Shown one piece after another: positions 53,837 to 64,000 of a stretch of 64,000 nt of DNA. Numbering within the stretch: position 1 is the stretch's first letter; every line of letters begins with the position of its first letter. The translations under genes and the position numbers were made by a program. Origin of the DNA: Myxococcota bacterium (lineage in GTDB: Bacteria > Myxococcota_A > UBA9042 > PHBI01 > JAWLBL01). The notes beneath the pieces were generated by a model. It did not search any database and was not told the DNA's origin. It worked only from the letters and a program-made list of their open reading frames with translations. The DNA is taken from positions 279,660 to 343,659 of the forward strand of contig JAWLBL010000003.1 in the NCBI GenBank assembly GCA_041687695.1. The letters run 5' to 3'.

Positions 53837-54552
53837 GGCGCGGTCTCCTCGTCGGGGCGCGCGCGGAAGCGGTAGCCGACCCCGCGGATGGTCTCGATGT
53901 AGTGGCCGGCCTCGCCGAGCTTCTCGCGCAGGCGCTTGACGTGCGTGTCGACCGTGCGGGTCGTGACGTCGGCGTGGATGCTCCAGACGTCGTTGAGCAG
54001 CGCGTCGCGCGACTGCACGCGGCCCTTGCGCTCGATGAAGGTGGCGAGCAGGCGGAACTCGAGGGCGGTCAGCCGGACCTCTTCGTCGTCGACCCAGGCG
54101 CGGTGGGCCGGCGGGTCCAGGCGCACCCGGCCGAAGACGACCTCGTCCTCGCGGGCGGTCTCGGCGCGCGGCGCGTCGGGGGCGTTGCGGCGCAAGAGCG
54201 CGCGGATGCGCAGGAGCAGCTCGCGGACGCTGAAGGGCTTGGTCACGTAGTCGTCGGCGCCGAGTTCGAAGCCGACGACGCGGTCGATCTCGTCGCCGCG
54301 GGCGGTCAGCATCAGGACCAGGACGCCGCGCGTGCGATCGTCCTGGCGCAGGCGCCGGCAGACCTCGGTGCCCGACAGATCGGGGAGCATCAGGTCGAGC
54401 ACGACCAGGTCGGGCGGCGTCTCACGGGCCAGGGCCAGCGCCTGCTGGCCGGTGTCGGCCACCTGCGTCTCGTAGCCCTCGCGGCGCAGGTTGTACTCGA
54501 GGGTGCCGGTGATGTCGGGCTCGTCGTCGACGAGCAGAATTCGCGCGGTCAT
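53833..54552 (-). CDS. phoB: OmpR/PhoB family response regulator
   Basis: LVDDE, LDLMLP, GADDYVTKPFS, RTVDTHVKRLREKL and TIRGVGY; in the pho cluster. Confidence 0.9.
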   Translation of the reverse strand: MTARILLVDDEPDITGTLEYNLRREGYETQVADTGQQALALARETPPDLVVLDLMLPDLSGTEVCRRLRQDDRTRGVLVLMLTARGDEIDRVVGFELGADDYVTKPFSVRELLLRIRALLRRNAPDAPRAETAREDEVVFGRVRLDPPAHRAWVDDEEVRLTALEFRLLATFIERKGRVQSRDALLNDVWSIHADVTTRTVDTHVKRLREKLGEAGHYIETIRGVGYRFRARPDEETAP

Positions 54553-54611
54553 GACGGCTCTCCGGAGGCAGCGAGCGGGTGCGCTCGCGCCGTCCCCCTA
54601 CTCTCGCCCGC

Positions 54612-54627
54612 GTGACAACAGCGTGAC
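54612..54627 (-). promoter_or_regulatory. Putative Pho box upstream of phoB (autoregulation)
   Basis: Minus strand GTCAC-GCTGTT-GTCAC. Confidence 0.65.
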
Positions 54628-54653
54628 GGGGCCGAAACTTTCTGGGCGGCCCC

Positions 54654-55157
54654 TCAGGGCGTGTCGGGACGCAGCAGCTTCACGAGCCTCCAGCCGCCGA
54701 GGTCCGTCAGCGCGTCGCCCCAGTCCGTCGGCGGGTGCTCGAGCAGGACGGCGTTGGCGGGGGTCATGCCGATCACCTCGCCGCTGAGCGCCGACGCCAT
54801 CTGCTCCCAGCCGGGGTTGTGCCCGAGGACCAGCGCGATGCGCGCGTTCGCGGCCAGCGCGGGCAGCGTCGCGCGCACCTCGGCGAGCCCGGCGTGGTAC
54901 AGCAGGCCGGTGAAGCGGGGCTGGACGGCGGCGCCGAGGGCCGGCGCGAGGGCCTCCCAGGTCTCGCGCGTGCGGAGGGCGTCGCTGGAGACGACGACGT
55001 CCGGAACCCAGCCGAGGGCGCGCAGCCGCTGGCCGACGGTCGGGGCGTCGACGCGGCCGCGGGCGCTGAGCGGGCGGTCGTGGTCGTCGGTGTCGGCCGG
55101 CCAGGCGCTCTTGGCGTGGCGGAGGACGATGAGACGCAAGGGCGCGGTCTGGCTCAT
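54654..55157 (-). CDS. sixA: SixA-like phosphohistidine phosphatase
   Basis: LRHAKSAW, DHDRPLSARG, SSDALRTRET and LGHNPG. Confidence 0.85.
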   Translation of the reverse strand: MSQTAPLRLIVLRHAKSAWPADTDDHDRPLSARGRVDAPTVGQRLRALGWVPDVVVSSDALRTRETWEALAPALGAAVQPRFTGLLYHAGLAEVRATLPALAANARIALVLGHNPGWEQMASALSGEVIGMTPANAVLLEHPPTDWGDALTDLGGWRLVKLLRPDTP

Positions 55158-55203
55158 GCGGGCGGGCTCGTGGGCGGTCGGCGTGGCGCGTGCGCCGGGG
55201 AGT

Positions 55204-57285
55204 CTAACGCAACCAAGGGCCGATGAGGGACCATAGACCGAGGTGCGAGAAGTCGGTCTTGACCAGGTAGCCGTCGGCGCCGGCCGCCAGGGCGCGCTCG
55301 CGGTCGCGGTCGCGGCCGCGCATCGACACGACCAGGATGGGCACGCGCCGGCCGCCCTGGTCCGCCTGCGTCGCGCGCGCGGCGCGGATGAAGGCGAGGC
55401 CGTCCATGTGGGGCATCTCGATGTCGGTCAGGACGAGGTCCACGTCGTCGGAGCGGCGGAGGCGGTCGAGGGCCTCGGCGCCGTCGGCGGCCTCGATGAC
55501 GCGGGCGCCGTGGGCGCGCAGGCTGTCGGCGACGAGATCGCGGACGACCGGCGAGTCGTCGGCGACCAGGACGGTGGGCAGGCGCGCCGGGGCTGAGGGG
55601 GGAGGGGCGGCAGGGGCGTAGGCCAGGGCGACGAGGGCGCGGACCTCGAGGGCGAGGGCGAGGCCGCCGTCGTCCTGGGGGACGACGCCGCGGACCAGCG
55701 GGTGGGCGGCGAAGACGGGGTGGCCGCTCTTGGTGAGCATGGCGCGCTCGACGTGGCCGGTGGTGCCCGCCAGGGCGGCGCGGCGCCCGCCGCTGTCGAC
55801 GACGACGAGGCGCGGCGGGCCGCCGTCGGCGCTCGCGCGGGCGGACGTGGGGACGTCGAGGGCCGTCGGCAGGTCGAGGACGGGGACGAGCGCGCCCTCG
55901 TAGGCGATGGCGCGCGTGGCCGCGGCGTCGGGCGGGGCGGGGACGAGGGAGAGGACCGACATGGCGCGGAGGGCGTAGCGTTCGGGGCCGACGTCGAAGA
56001 GCAGGAGCGGGGTGACGGCGAGGTGGATGGGGGCGCGGATGGTGAAGGTCGCGCCTACGCCCGGGGTCGAGGCGACGGTCAGGTCGCCGCCGATCGCCTC
56101 GAGGCCGGCCAGGGCGGCGTCGAGGCCCAGGCCGCGGCCGGAGGTGGGCGTCACGGCGCCGCGGGTGGACAGGCCGGGGGCGAACAGCAGGCGCAGGGTG
56201 GCGGCTTCGTCGAGGGTGGCGGCCTCGGCGGCGGGGACGAGCCCGCGTTCGAGCGCGCGGCGGCGGACGGCGGCGAGGTCCACGCCGGCGCCGTCGTCGG
56301 TGACCGAGAGCTCGAGCGTGTCGGCCGACAGGCGCGCGCTCAAGGTGACGAGGCCCTCGGGCGGCTTGCCGCGGGCCCGGCGGACGTCCGGGGGCTCGAC
56401 GCCGTGGTCGACGGCGTTGCGGACGAGGTGCAGGAGCGGCTCGGCCAGCGCGTCGGCGACGGCGCGGTCGACCTCGAGGGCGTGGCCGTGGACCTCGAGG
56501 CGAAGCTGGCGGCCCAGGGCGCGGGCCAGGTCTCGGGCCTCGCGGGGCCAGGGGTCGAGGAGGGCGGAGAGCGGGACCAGGCGCAGGCCGCGGCTGGCGG
56601 CGTCCAGCTCGGCGGCGAGGCGGTCGATCTGGCGGTCGTCGGCGCGCAGGCGGGCCTCGAGGCCGGAGAGGGCGTCGACCAGCGCGCCGAGGGCGGCGGC
56701 GGGGCCGTCGGCGGGCCCGGCGCCGGCCGAGGAGCGGGCGGGCAGGGCGGCGGCGGCGCGGTCGCGGGCGGCGCGCAGCTCGGTGGCGGAGCGGGCGACG
56801 CGGGCGCGGACGAGCAGGAGGTCGCCGAGGAGGTCGCGCAGGCGGTCGACCTGCGCGGCCGAGACGCGGACGGCGGGGCGGGCGCGCGGGGGCGGGTCGG
56901 CAGGGGTGGCGGGGGCGCCGGGCGCGGCGTGGGCGGCGCGGCCCAGGAAGGCGTCGGCGTCGGGGGCCGGGGCGTCGGCGGGGCGTTGCAGGAGGGCGCC
57001 GAGGAGATCGAGCCCGCGCAGGACGTGGTCGGCGGCGGGGCCGCGCAGGGGCGGCGGGGCGGCCGAGGCGAAGGGGGCGAGGGCGTCCTCGAGGGCGTGC
57101 GCGACGTCGGCCATGGCCGCGTAGCCCATCAGGCGGGCCTCGCCCTTGAGGGTGTGGAGCTCGCGGGCGAGGTCGCGCAGGGCGCCCTGCGGAGCGCGGC
57201 CGGCGGTGACCTGCACCCAGGCGGTCGTCATGCGGACGAGCCGCTCGTCCGCGAGGGCGAGGAAGGTCTCGAGGCGTGTGGCCAT
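55204..57285 (-). CDS. cheA: CheA-like hybrid kinase (Hpt, dimerisation, HATPase, CheW, REC)
   Basis: ELHTLKGEARLMG, PLLHLVRNAVDHGVE, DDGAG, SGRGLGL and a C-terminal receiver (ADDS, LTDIEMP). Confidence 0.9.
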   Translation of the reverse strand: MATRLETFLALADERLVRMTTAWVQVTAGRAPQGALRDLARELHTLKGEARLMGYAAMADVAHALEDALAPFASAAPPPLRGPAADHVLRGLDLLGALLQRPADAPAPDADAFLGRAAHAAPGAPATPADPPPRARPAVRVSAAQVDRLRDLLGDLLLVRARVARSATELRAARDRAAAALPARSSAGAGPADGPAAALGALVDALSGLEARLRADDRQIDRLAAELDAASRGLRLVPLSALLDPWPREARDLARALGRQLRLEVHGHALEVDRAVADALAEPLLHLVRNAVDHGVEPPDVRRARGKPPEGLVTLSARLSADTLELSVTDDGAGVDLAAVRRRALERGLVPAAEAATLDEAATLRLLFAPGLSTRGAVTPTSGRGLGLDAALAGLEAIGGDLTVASTPGVGATFTIRAPIHLAVTPLLLFDVGPERYALRAMSVLSLVPAPPDAAATRAIAYEGALVPVLDLPTALDVPTSARASADGGPPRLVVVDSGGRRAALAGTTGHVERAMLTKSGHPVFAAHPLVRGVVPQDDGGLALALEVRALVALAYAPAAPPPSAPARLPTVLVADDSPVVRDLVADSLRAHGARVIEAADGAEALDRLRRSDDVDLVLTDIEMPHMDGLAFIRAARATQADQGGRRVPILVVSMRGRDRDRERALAAGADGYLVKTDFSHLGLWSLIGPWLR

Positions 57286-57294
57286 CGCGCGCCC

Positions 57295-58668
57295 TCAGCC
57301 GCCGGCGGCGCGGGCGTCGTCGCCGGGGCGCTCGGGCGCCGGGGGGCGGCGGCTGTTGCGGCGGCCGAGCCGGACGACCGCCGCGTCGCGGGGCGACGGG
57401 GTGATGAGCGCCGACAGCTCGGCGGCGAGGCGCGCGAGGCCGTCGGCCGACCGCGAGGTCGCCTTGATGTCGGTCATCGCCTGGCCGAGCAGCTCCTTCA
57501 TCTCGTCCATGCTGCGGCTGACCTGCTCGGTGGCGGCGCGCTGCTGCTGGGTCACGGTCGCGATGTCGCGCGCCGACCGCGTCGTCTCGGCGCTCGAGGC
57601 CTTGCCGTCGTGGCTGGCCCGCACCGCCTCGACGGACGACTCGCGCACCTCCTTCATCAGGGCGCGGATGCCGTCGACCGACTCGACGACGTGCTCGGAC
57701 AGGCGCCGCATCTCCTTGGCGACCAGGGTGAAGCCCTGGCCGGCCTCGCCCGCCTTGGAGCCTTCGAGGGCGGCGTTGAGCGCCAACAGGTCGGTGCGGT
57801 CGGCGACCTGCATGATGCTCGCGAGCAGCTCGGCGACACGCTCGGCGTACCGGTTGAGTTCGCCGATGCGGTCGGCGACCTCCTCGGCGCCGGCCAGGGT
57901 GGACTCGGCGTGCTCGAGGACGGTGCCGGCGCTGTCGGCGATGCGCTGGGCGGCGCTGAGCAGCACGTCCATGACGCGGCGCGTCTCCTCGACGGCGGCG
58001 GCCTCGCGGGCGGCGGCGGCCTCGCGGGCGCGGGCGGCGGCGAGCAGCGCGCGCGAGGTGGCCGAGAGCTGGCGCGACGTCTCGCGCAGCGGGCGGGCGA
58101 GGCTGGCGCTGAGCAGCCAGGCGAGGGCGACGCCGCCGGCCATGATGACCAGGCTGACGACGAGGGCGAGGCGGGCGCTGGCGCGGCGCTCGGCGAGGAT
58201 GAAGGCGCGCGAGAAGCCGCCGACCAGGGTGCCCACGAGCGCGCCGTCGCCGGGCGCGCGGATGGGGACCGCCACGTGCAGGTGGTCGGGCGTGGCGAGC
58301 GCGGTGCGGGTCGGGACGAGCCGGCGCAGCGAGTCGGCCTCGGGGACGGGCGGGCCGGAGGTGCGGCGGAGGGCGACCTCGCCGCTGGGGCCGATGACGG
58401 TCAGGTAGATCAGCTCGGGGTCGCCCTGGACGGCCGCCGCGAACGCGCGCCGGAGGTCTGCCAGGTCGCTCGGGCCCTGGCCGACGACCGGCCCGGCGTG
58501 GTCGGCCAGGGTGGTGAGCCAGCTGAAGGCGCGCTGCTCGAGCGCCGCGTCGGCGACGGCCTCCTGGCGCGCCGGGACGAACACCGCGAAGAAGGTGGCG
58601 ATGCACGCGATCGGCACCGCGATCGCCGCGATGACCCGGGTCTGCAGGCCGAGGCGCGTCAGCGTCAT
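57295..58668 (-). CDS. Methyl-accepting chemotaxis protein with a short cytoplasmic domain
   Basis: Two TM segments; hairpin tip DRTDLLALNAALEGSKAGEAGQGFTLVAKEMRRL. Confidence 0.88.
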   Translation of the reverse strand: MTLTRLGLQTRVIAAIAVPIACIATFFAVFVPARQEAVADAALEQRAFSWLTTLADHAGPVVGQGPSDLADLRRAFAAAVQGDPELIYLTVIGPSGEVALRRTSGPPVPEADSLRRLVPTRTALATPDHLHVAVPIRAPGDGALVGTLVGGFSRAFILAERRASARLALVVSLVIMAGGVALAWLLSASLARPLRETSRQLSATSRALLAAARAREAAAAREAAAVEETRRVMDVLLSAAQRIADSAGTVLEHAESTLAGAEEVADRIGELNRYAERVAELLASIMQVADRTDLLALNAALEGSKAGEAGQGFTLVAKEMRRLSEHVVESVDGIRALMKEVRESSVEAVRASHDGKASSAETTRSARDIATVTQQQRAATEQVSRSMDEMKELLGQAMTDIKATSRSADGLARLAAELSALITPSPRDAAVVRLGRRNSRRPPAPERPGDDARAAGG

Positions 58669-58726
58669 GGCGACCGGTATCCCACGCCGCCCGCGACAAC
58701 GCCAGTCAGGGCCAGCCAGGGGCCGG

Positions 58727-59197
58727 TCAGGGCCCGGCCGCCACCGCCCGCAACACCGCCTGCGCGAGCGCCTCCGGGTCGACCACCCGCGCCGCCCGCC
58801 CCCGCCAGCTCACCTCGCCGCGCGTCCAGTCCGGGCCCCGGTCCCCCGCCGCCGCCGCCGCCACCGCCTCGACCTCGACCACTCCGACCGCCTCGTCCGC
58901 GACCAGGGCCACCTCGCCCTCCGCCCCGCCCACCACGACCAGCCGCGGCAACATGGCCCCGGGCGTCGCCGCCTCCTCCTCACCCAGCAGCCGCTGCGCC
59001 GACACCACCGGCAGCGGCCGCCCCTCGATCACCGTCAGCCCGACCAGCCACGCCGGCGACCTGGGCGCCCGCGCCACCGCCCCCAGCGTGACGACCTGCC
59101 GCACCGCCGCCGCCGGCACCGCCAGCCAATGCCCTCCGGCGCGCAGCACCACATGCTCGCCGCCCGCCCGGTCCGCGCCCCGTTCCGCCGCTCCCAT
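58727..59197 (-). CDS. cheW: CheW adaptor
   Basis: AVPAAAVRQVV, PRSPAWLVGL...GRPLPVV and ALVADEAVGV. Start uncertain (59197, 59209 or 59239). Confidence 0.8.
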   Translation of the reverse strand: MGAAERGADRAGGEHVVLRAGGHWLAVPAAAVRQVVTLGAVARAPRSPAWLVGLTVIEGRPLPVVSAQRLLGEEEAATPGAMLPRLVVVGGAEGEVALVADEAVGVVEVEAVAAAAAGDRGPDWTRGEVSWRGRAARVVDPEALAQAVLRAVAAGP

Positions 59198-59303
59198 GCC
59201 ATCCCGCATAGCCCAACCCCGCGTACCGAAACAAGTCACGCGTCACCGCCGCGCCTCGATGCCCCTTGCTGGCGCGCCCCCACCCCGCCTAGGATGGCCC
59301 CGC

Positions 59304-61106
59304 ATGGCCCGTCAGGCGACCATCTACCCCTACGAGCTGCTCGACCTCCTCGAGGAGCTCCAACGCGTCCGCTTCAGCGGCACGCTCACCCTCCACGCGG
59401 GCGGCGCGACCACGCTGTACGTCAACGCGGGCACGGTGCGCTACGCCCGCACGACCCGCGTCATGGGCGCCTTCCCGGCCTACCTCCTGTACCAGCGCGT
59501 CTTCTCGCGCGACCTCCTCAAGCGCGCGCTCGCCGCCTGCACCGACGAGGGCCTGACCCTCGAGCGCTACCTCATGCGCGAGCGCGTCCTCAGCCCCGAG
59601 GACCTGCGCCACCTCAAGTGCGATCTGGCCCGCGACATCTTCGCCCACGCCCTGTGCGCCTCGGGCACCGTCGAGATCCAGCCCGTGACGCGCCTGTCGT
59701 CCGAGTACAAGCAGCCGGTCCTCGACCCCTACGAGGCGCTCTTCACCTGCGCCGCCGAGCACCCCGCGCGGCCGGTCATCGCCGCCGCCTTCGAGGGCTG
59801 CGGCCACCGCCGGCTCGCCCGCGGCCCCGAGACCTTCGCGCTGCTGCCCAGCTTCCGCGCCGTCTTCGGCCGCAGCCCCGTCCTGGCGCTGCTCGGCGAC
59901 GCGCCGACCGTCGACGCCGTGTTCGAGGCGCTGGCCGACGAGGACGCGCGCGAGGACGACGGACTGACCCCGGCCGACGTGCAGGCCCAGCTGTTCGCCC
60001 TGCTGCGCGCCGGGATGGCCAACCTGGACGGCGACCCGCCGCGCCGCGCCGTCCTGCGCCCGCGCCCGGAGCCCGAGGCCGCCGAGCGAGAGCCGGCGCC
60101 CGCCGCGGTCCCGGCCGCCGCCGACGACGACGATCCCGAGCTCCTCTGGCGCTCCCGCACCCCGACCCGCCCCGGCGTCCCCGTGCGCGCGTGTGGCGAC
60201 GAGGCGCTGCTGGCGCGGTCCCCCGGGCTGCCCGCGTCGCCCCCGCGCCCCTCCCTCGAGCCGGCCGCCTCGCCGGTCGCCCGCGCCACGGCCTTCGCCG
60301 CGCACGCCGAGCGCACGCCCACCGGCGGCGACGTCGGCCTGCGCGACATCCTGGTGGGCGAGAGCCTCATCGCGACCGCCGACCAGGCGCAGCAGCAGGA
60401 CCGCCACGCCTTCTTCGGGCTGCGGCCGGACGCGCCGCTCAGCGCGCTGCGGGCCGCCTATCGGCGCGCGTGGAGCCAGTACGCGGCGGAGCGCTTCGAG
60501 GGCTTCGCGCTGTCGACCGAGGCGGCGGCCGCGCTGGTGCGCGTGCAGGAGCACATCGAGCGGGCGTACGACACGCTGACCGACCCGGCGCTGCGAGTCG
60601 AGCACGACCGCGTCTGGGACGTCCACGGGCCGGACGCCGCGGCGATCGAGGCCATGTTCGAGGCCGAGGCGTGCTTCGAGGAGGGCCGGGCGCGGCTCGA
60701 GGCGCGCGAGGCGCCGGAGGCCGTGGCGCTGCTGGGGCGGGCGGCGGCGCTGTGCCTCGCCGAGCCCGAGTATCCGGCGTGGCAGGCGTGGGCGCTGGTG
60801 TGCGCGAGCCTGTGGCGCCAGGAGGTGCCCGACGCGCCGGCCGACCCGCACGTGCTGCTCGAGCGGGCGCTGGCCCTCGACGGCGAGCTGCCGTCGGCGT
60901 GGATGTTCATCGCGCGCATCGCCGAGCTGGCCGGGGACGGCGAGGCGGCGGCGCGCGCGTGGCGCCGGGTGGTCGCCGCGGAGCCCGGGCACCCCGAGGC
61001 GACCGAGGCCCTGGGCCGGCTGGGGGCGGGCGGCGCCGCGACGCCCGACGACGAGCCGGCGACCCTGGTCGACCGCCTGGACCGGATCCTGGACCCGGTC
61101 CGCTGA
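59304..61106 (+). CDS. DUF4388-like N-terminal domain plus degenerate J-like domain plus TPR
   Basis: LQRVRFSGTLTL...LYVNAG; FFGL...LRAAYRR...IERAYDTLTDP..R.EHD; C-terminal TPRs. Confidence 0.7.
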   Translation: MARQATIYPYELLDLLEELQRVRFSGTLTLHAGGATTLYVNAGTVRYARTTRVMGAFPAYLLYQRVFSRDLLKRALAACTDEGLTLERYLMRERVLSPEDLRHLKCDLARDIFAHALCASGTVEIQPVTRLSSEYKQPVLDPYEALFTCAAEHPARPVIAAAFEGCGHRRLARGPETFALLPSFRAVFGRSPVLALLGDAPTVDAVFEALADEDAREDDGLTPADVQAQLFALLRAGMANLDGDPPRRAVLRPRPEPEAAEREPAPAAVPAAADDDDPELLWRSRTPTRPGVPVRACGDEALLARSPGLPASPPRPSLEPAASPVARATAFAAHAERTPTGGDVGLRDILVGESLIATADQAQQQDRHAFFGLRPDAPLSALRAAYRRAWSQYAAERFEGFALSTEAAAALVRVQEHIERAYDTLTDPALRVEHDRVWDVHGPDAAAIEAMFEAEACFEEGRARLEAREAPEAVALLGRAAALCLAEPEYPAWQAWALVCASLWRQEVPDAPADPHVLLERALALDGELPSAWMFIARIAELAGDGEAAARAWRRVVAAEPGHPEATEALGRLGAGGAATPDDEPATLVDRLDRILDPVR

Positions 61107-61109
61107 GCC

Positions 61110-61559
61110 TCACCGGCGCGGGCCTTCGAGGCGCTCGGGCGCGATGACGACCGCCTCGGACGCGTCCGGGTGGACGAAGTCCGCGATGACGCGGTGGGTG
61201 ACCTGGTTCAGCCAGCCGCGCAGCGTCTCGGACAGCTCGCGGTACTCGGGCCACAGCACCTCGTCGACGAAGCGCTTGGAGACCCGCACCATGACCGTGT
61301 TGAACTGCTGCGCCTTGTAGCGATAGGGCTCGAGTCCATAGCGGCGCAGCAGCGCCAGGAACAGCTTCCGATCCCACTCGTCGATGAGCGAGAAGCTGTA
61401 TTCGACCGGCGGGTCCTCGCGCTCGAGCTGACGCAGGCGATGGAGCACCCGGGCGCGCGCCTCGGCGGCGGCCTCCTGCTCTCCGCGGGTCGCGGCGCCG
61501 GACAGCAGGGCCTGGATGCGCGCGAGCTTGTCGCGCAGTTTGGCGGCGTCGATGCCCAT
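61110..61559 (-). CDS. Conserved hypothetical protein (DUF2786-like N-terminus)
   Basis: LRDKLARIQALLSGAATRGEQEAA and LFLALLRRYGLEPYRY...FVDEVLWPEY. Confidence 0.7.
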   Translation of the reverse strand: MGIDAAKLRDKLARIQALLSGAATRGEQEAAAEARARVLHRLRQLEREDPPVEYSFSLIDEWDRKLFLALLRRYGLEPYRYKAQQFNTVMVRVSKRFVDEVLWPEYRELSETLRGWLNQVTHRVIADFVHPDASEAVVIAPERLEGPRR

Positions 61560-61743
61560 GACGCCACCATGCCCGCAGGCCCGATCGCGCGCAACGGCCC
61601 CGCGTAACCCGCTGCAAGCCTCGACGCGTGGACCTCGCCGCGGCCCCTGCGTTAACCTGGCCGAATCAGGACGGCCACGGTCCGATTGGGGAGCAACGGA
61701 TCGCGCGCCCCCGTCTGGGACCCTCGTCGAAGGACACGAAGCC

Positions 61744-64000
<2,257 letters not shown>

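Noticed and set aside
55154..59091. Very long alternative-frame ORFs (1181 aa, 1129 aa; also 17119-20352, 22106-24493, 39405-41948 and others)
   Set aside because: These are shadow ORFs typical of very GC-rich DNA. They are Arg/Pro/Gly-rich or antisense to genes with clear family motifs.
55560..59200. Strong G/C strand-skew switches in the che region as a sign of foreign DNA
   Set aside because: They can be explained by Ala/Pro/Arg-rich coding and C- versus G-ending codon preference in individual genes; there are no mobility genes or boundary repeats.

Overview
This is a very GC-rich bacterial chromosome segment. Gene content suggests Myxococcota or a related deltaproteobacterial lineage (inference from a DUF1592/DUF1552 pair, many lipoproteins with D/T/P-rich linkers, and a DUF4388/J-like/TPR protein). 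Most of it is housekeeping: gltX, gmk, yicC, rel, ppdK, glyQS, sod, cysH, thrS, kamA, a phosphohexomutase, a complete phosphate cluster (phoB-phoR-porin-pstSCAB-phoU), a minimal cheW-MCP-cheA-sixA cluster and a hybrid kinase cut off by the window end. The most unusual feature is a ~2.1 kb non-coding repeat locus (13330-15395) between the convergent rel and lipoprotein genes. It contains an array of CCCGGG-centred palindromes every ~37 bp, a conserved AT-rich bipartite site with a variable 6-bp centre, and four copies of a ~107-nt hairpin showing compensatory base changes and strand-specific GNA loops. Other candidates are a Septu-like ATPase+HNH cassette appended to phoU, three lipoproteins downstream of glyQS-ppdK (one with tandem OB-fold-like modules), an APS reductase fused to a CxxC domain, a G1P dehydrogenase-like enzyme, an orphan SEDS protein, a probable CTG start for phoR, and a GTCAC-N6-GTCAC Pho box. 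I found no rRNA, tRNA, transposase, integrase, reverse transcriptase, cas gene or true CRISPR array. All family calls come from motif recognition by eye, not database searches.
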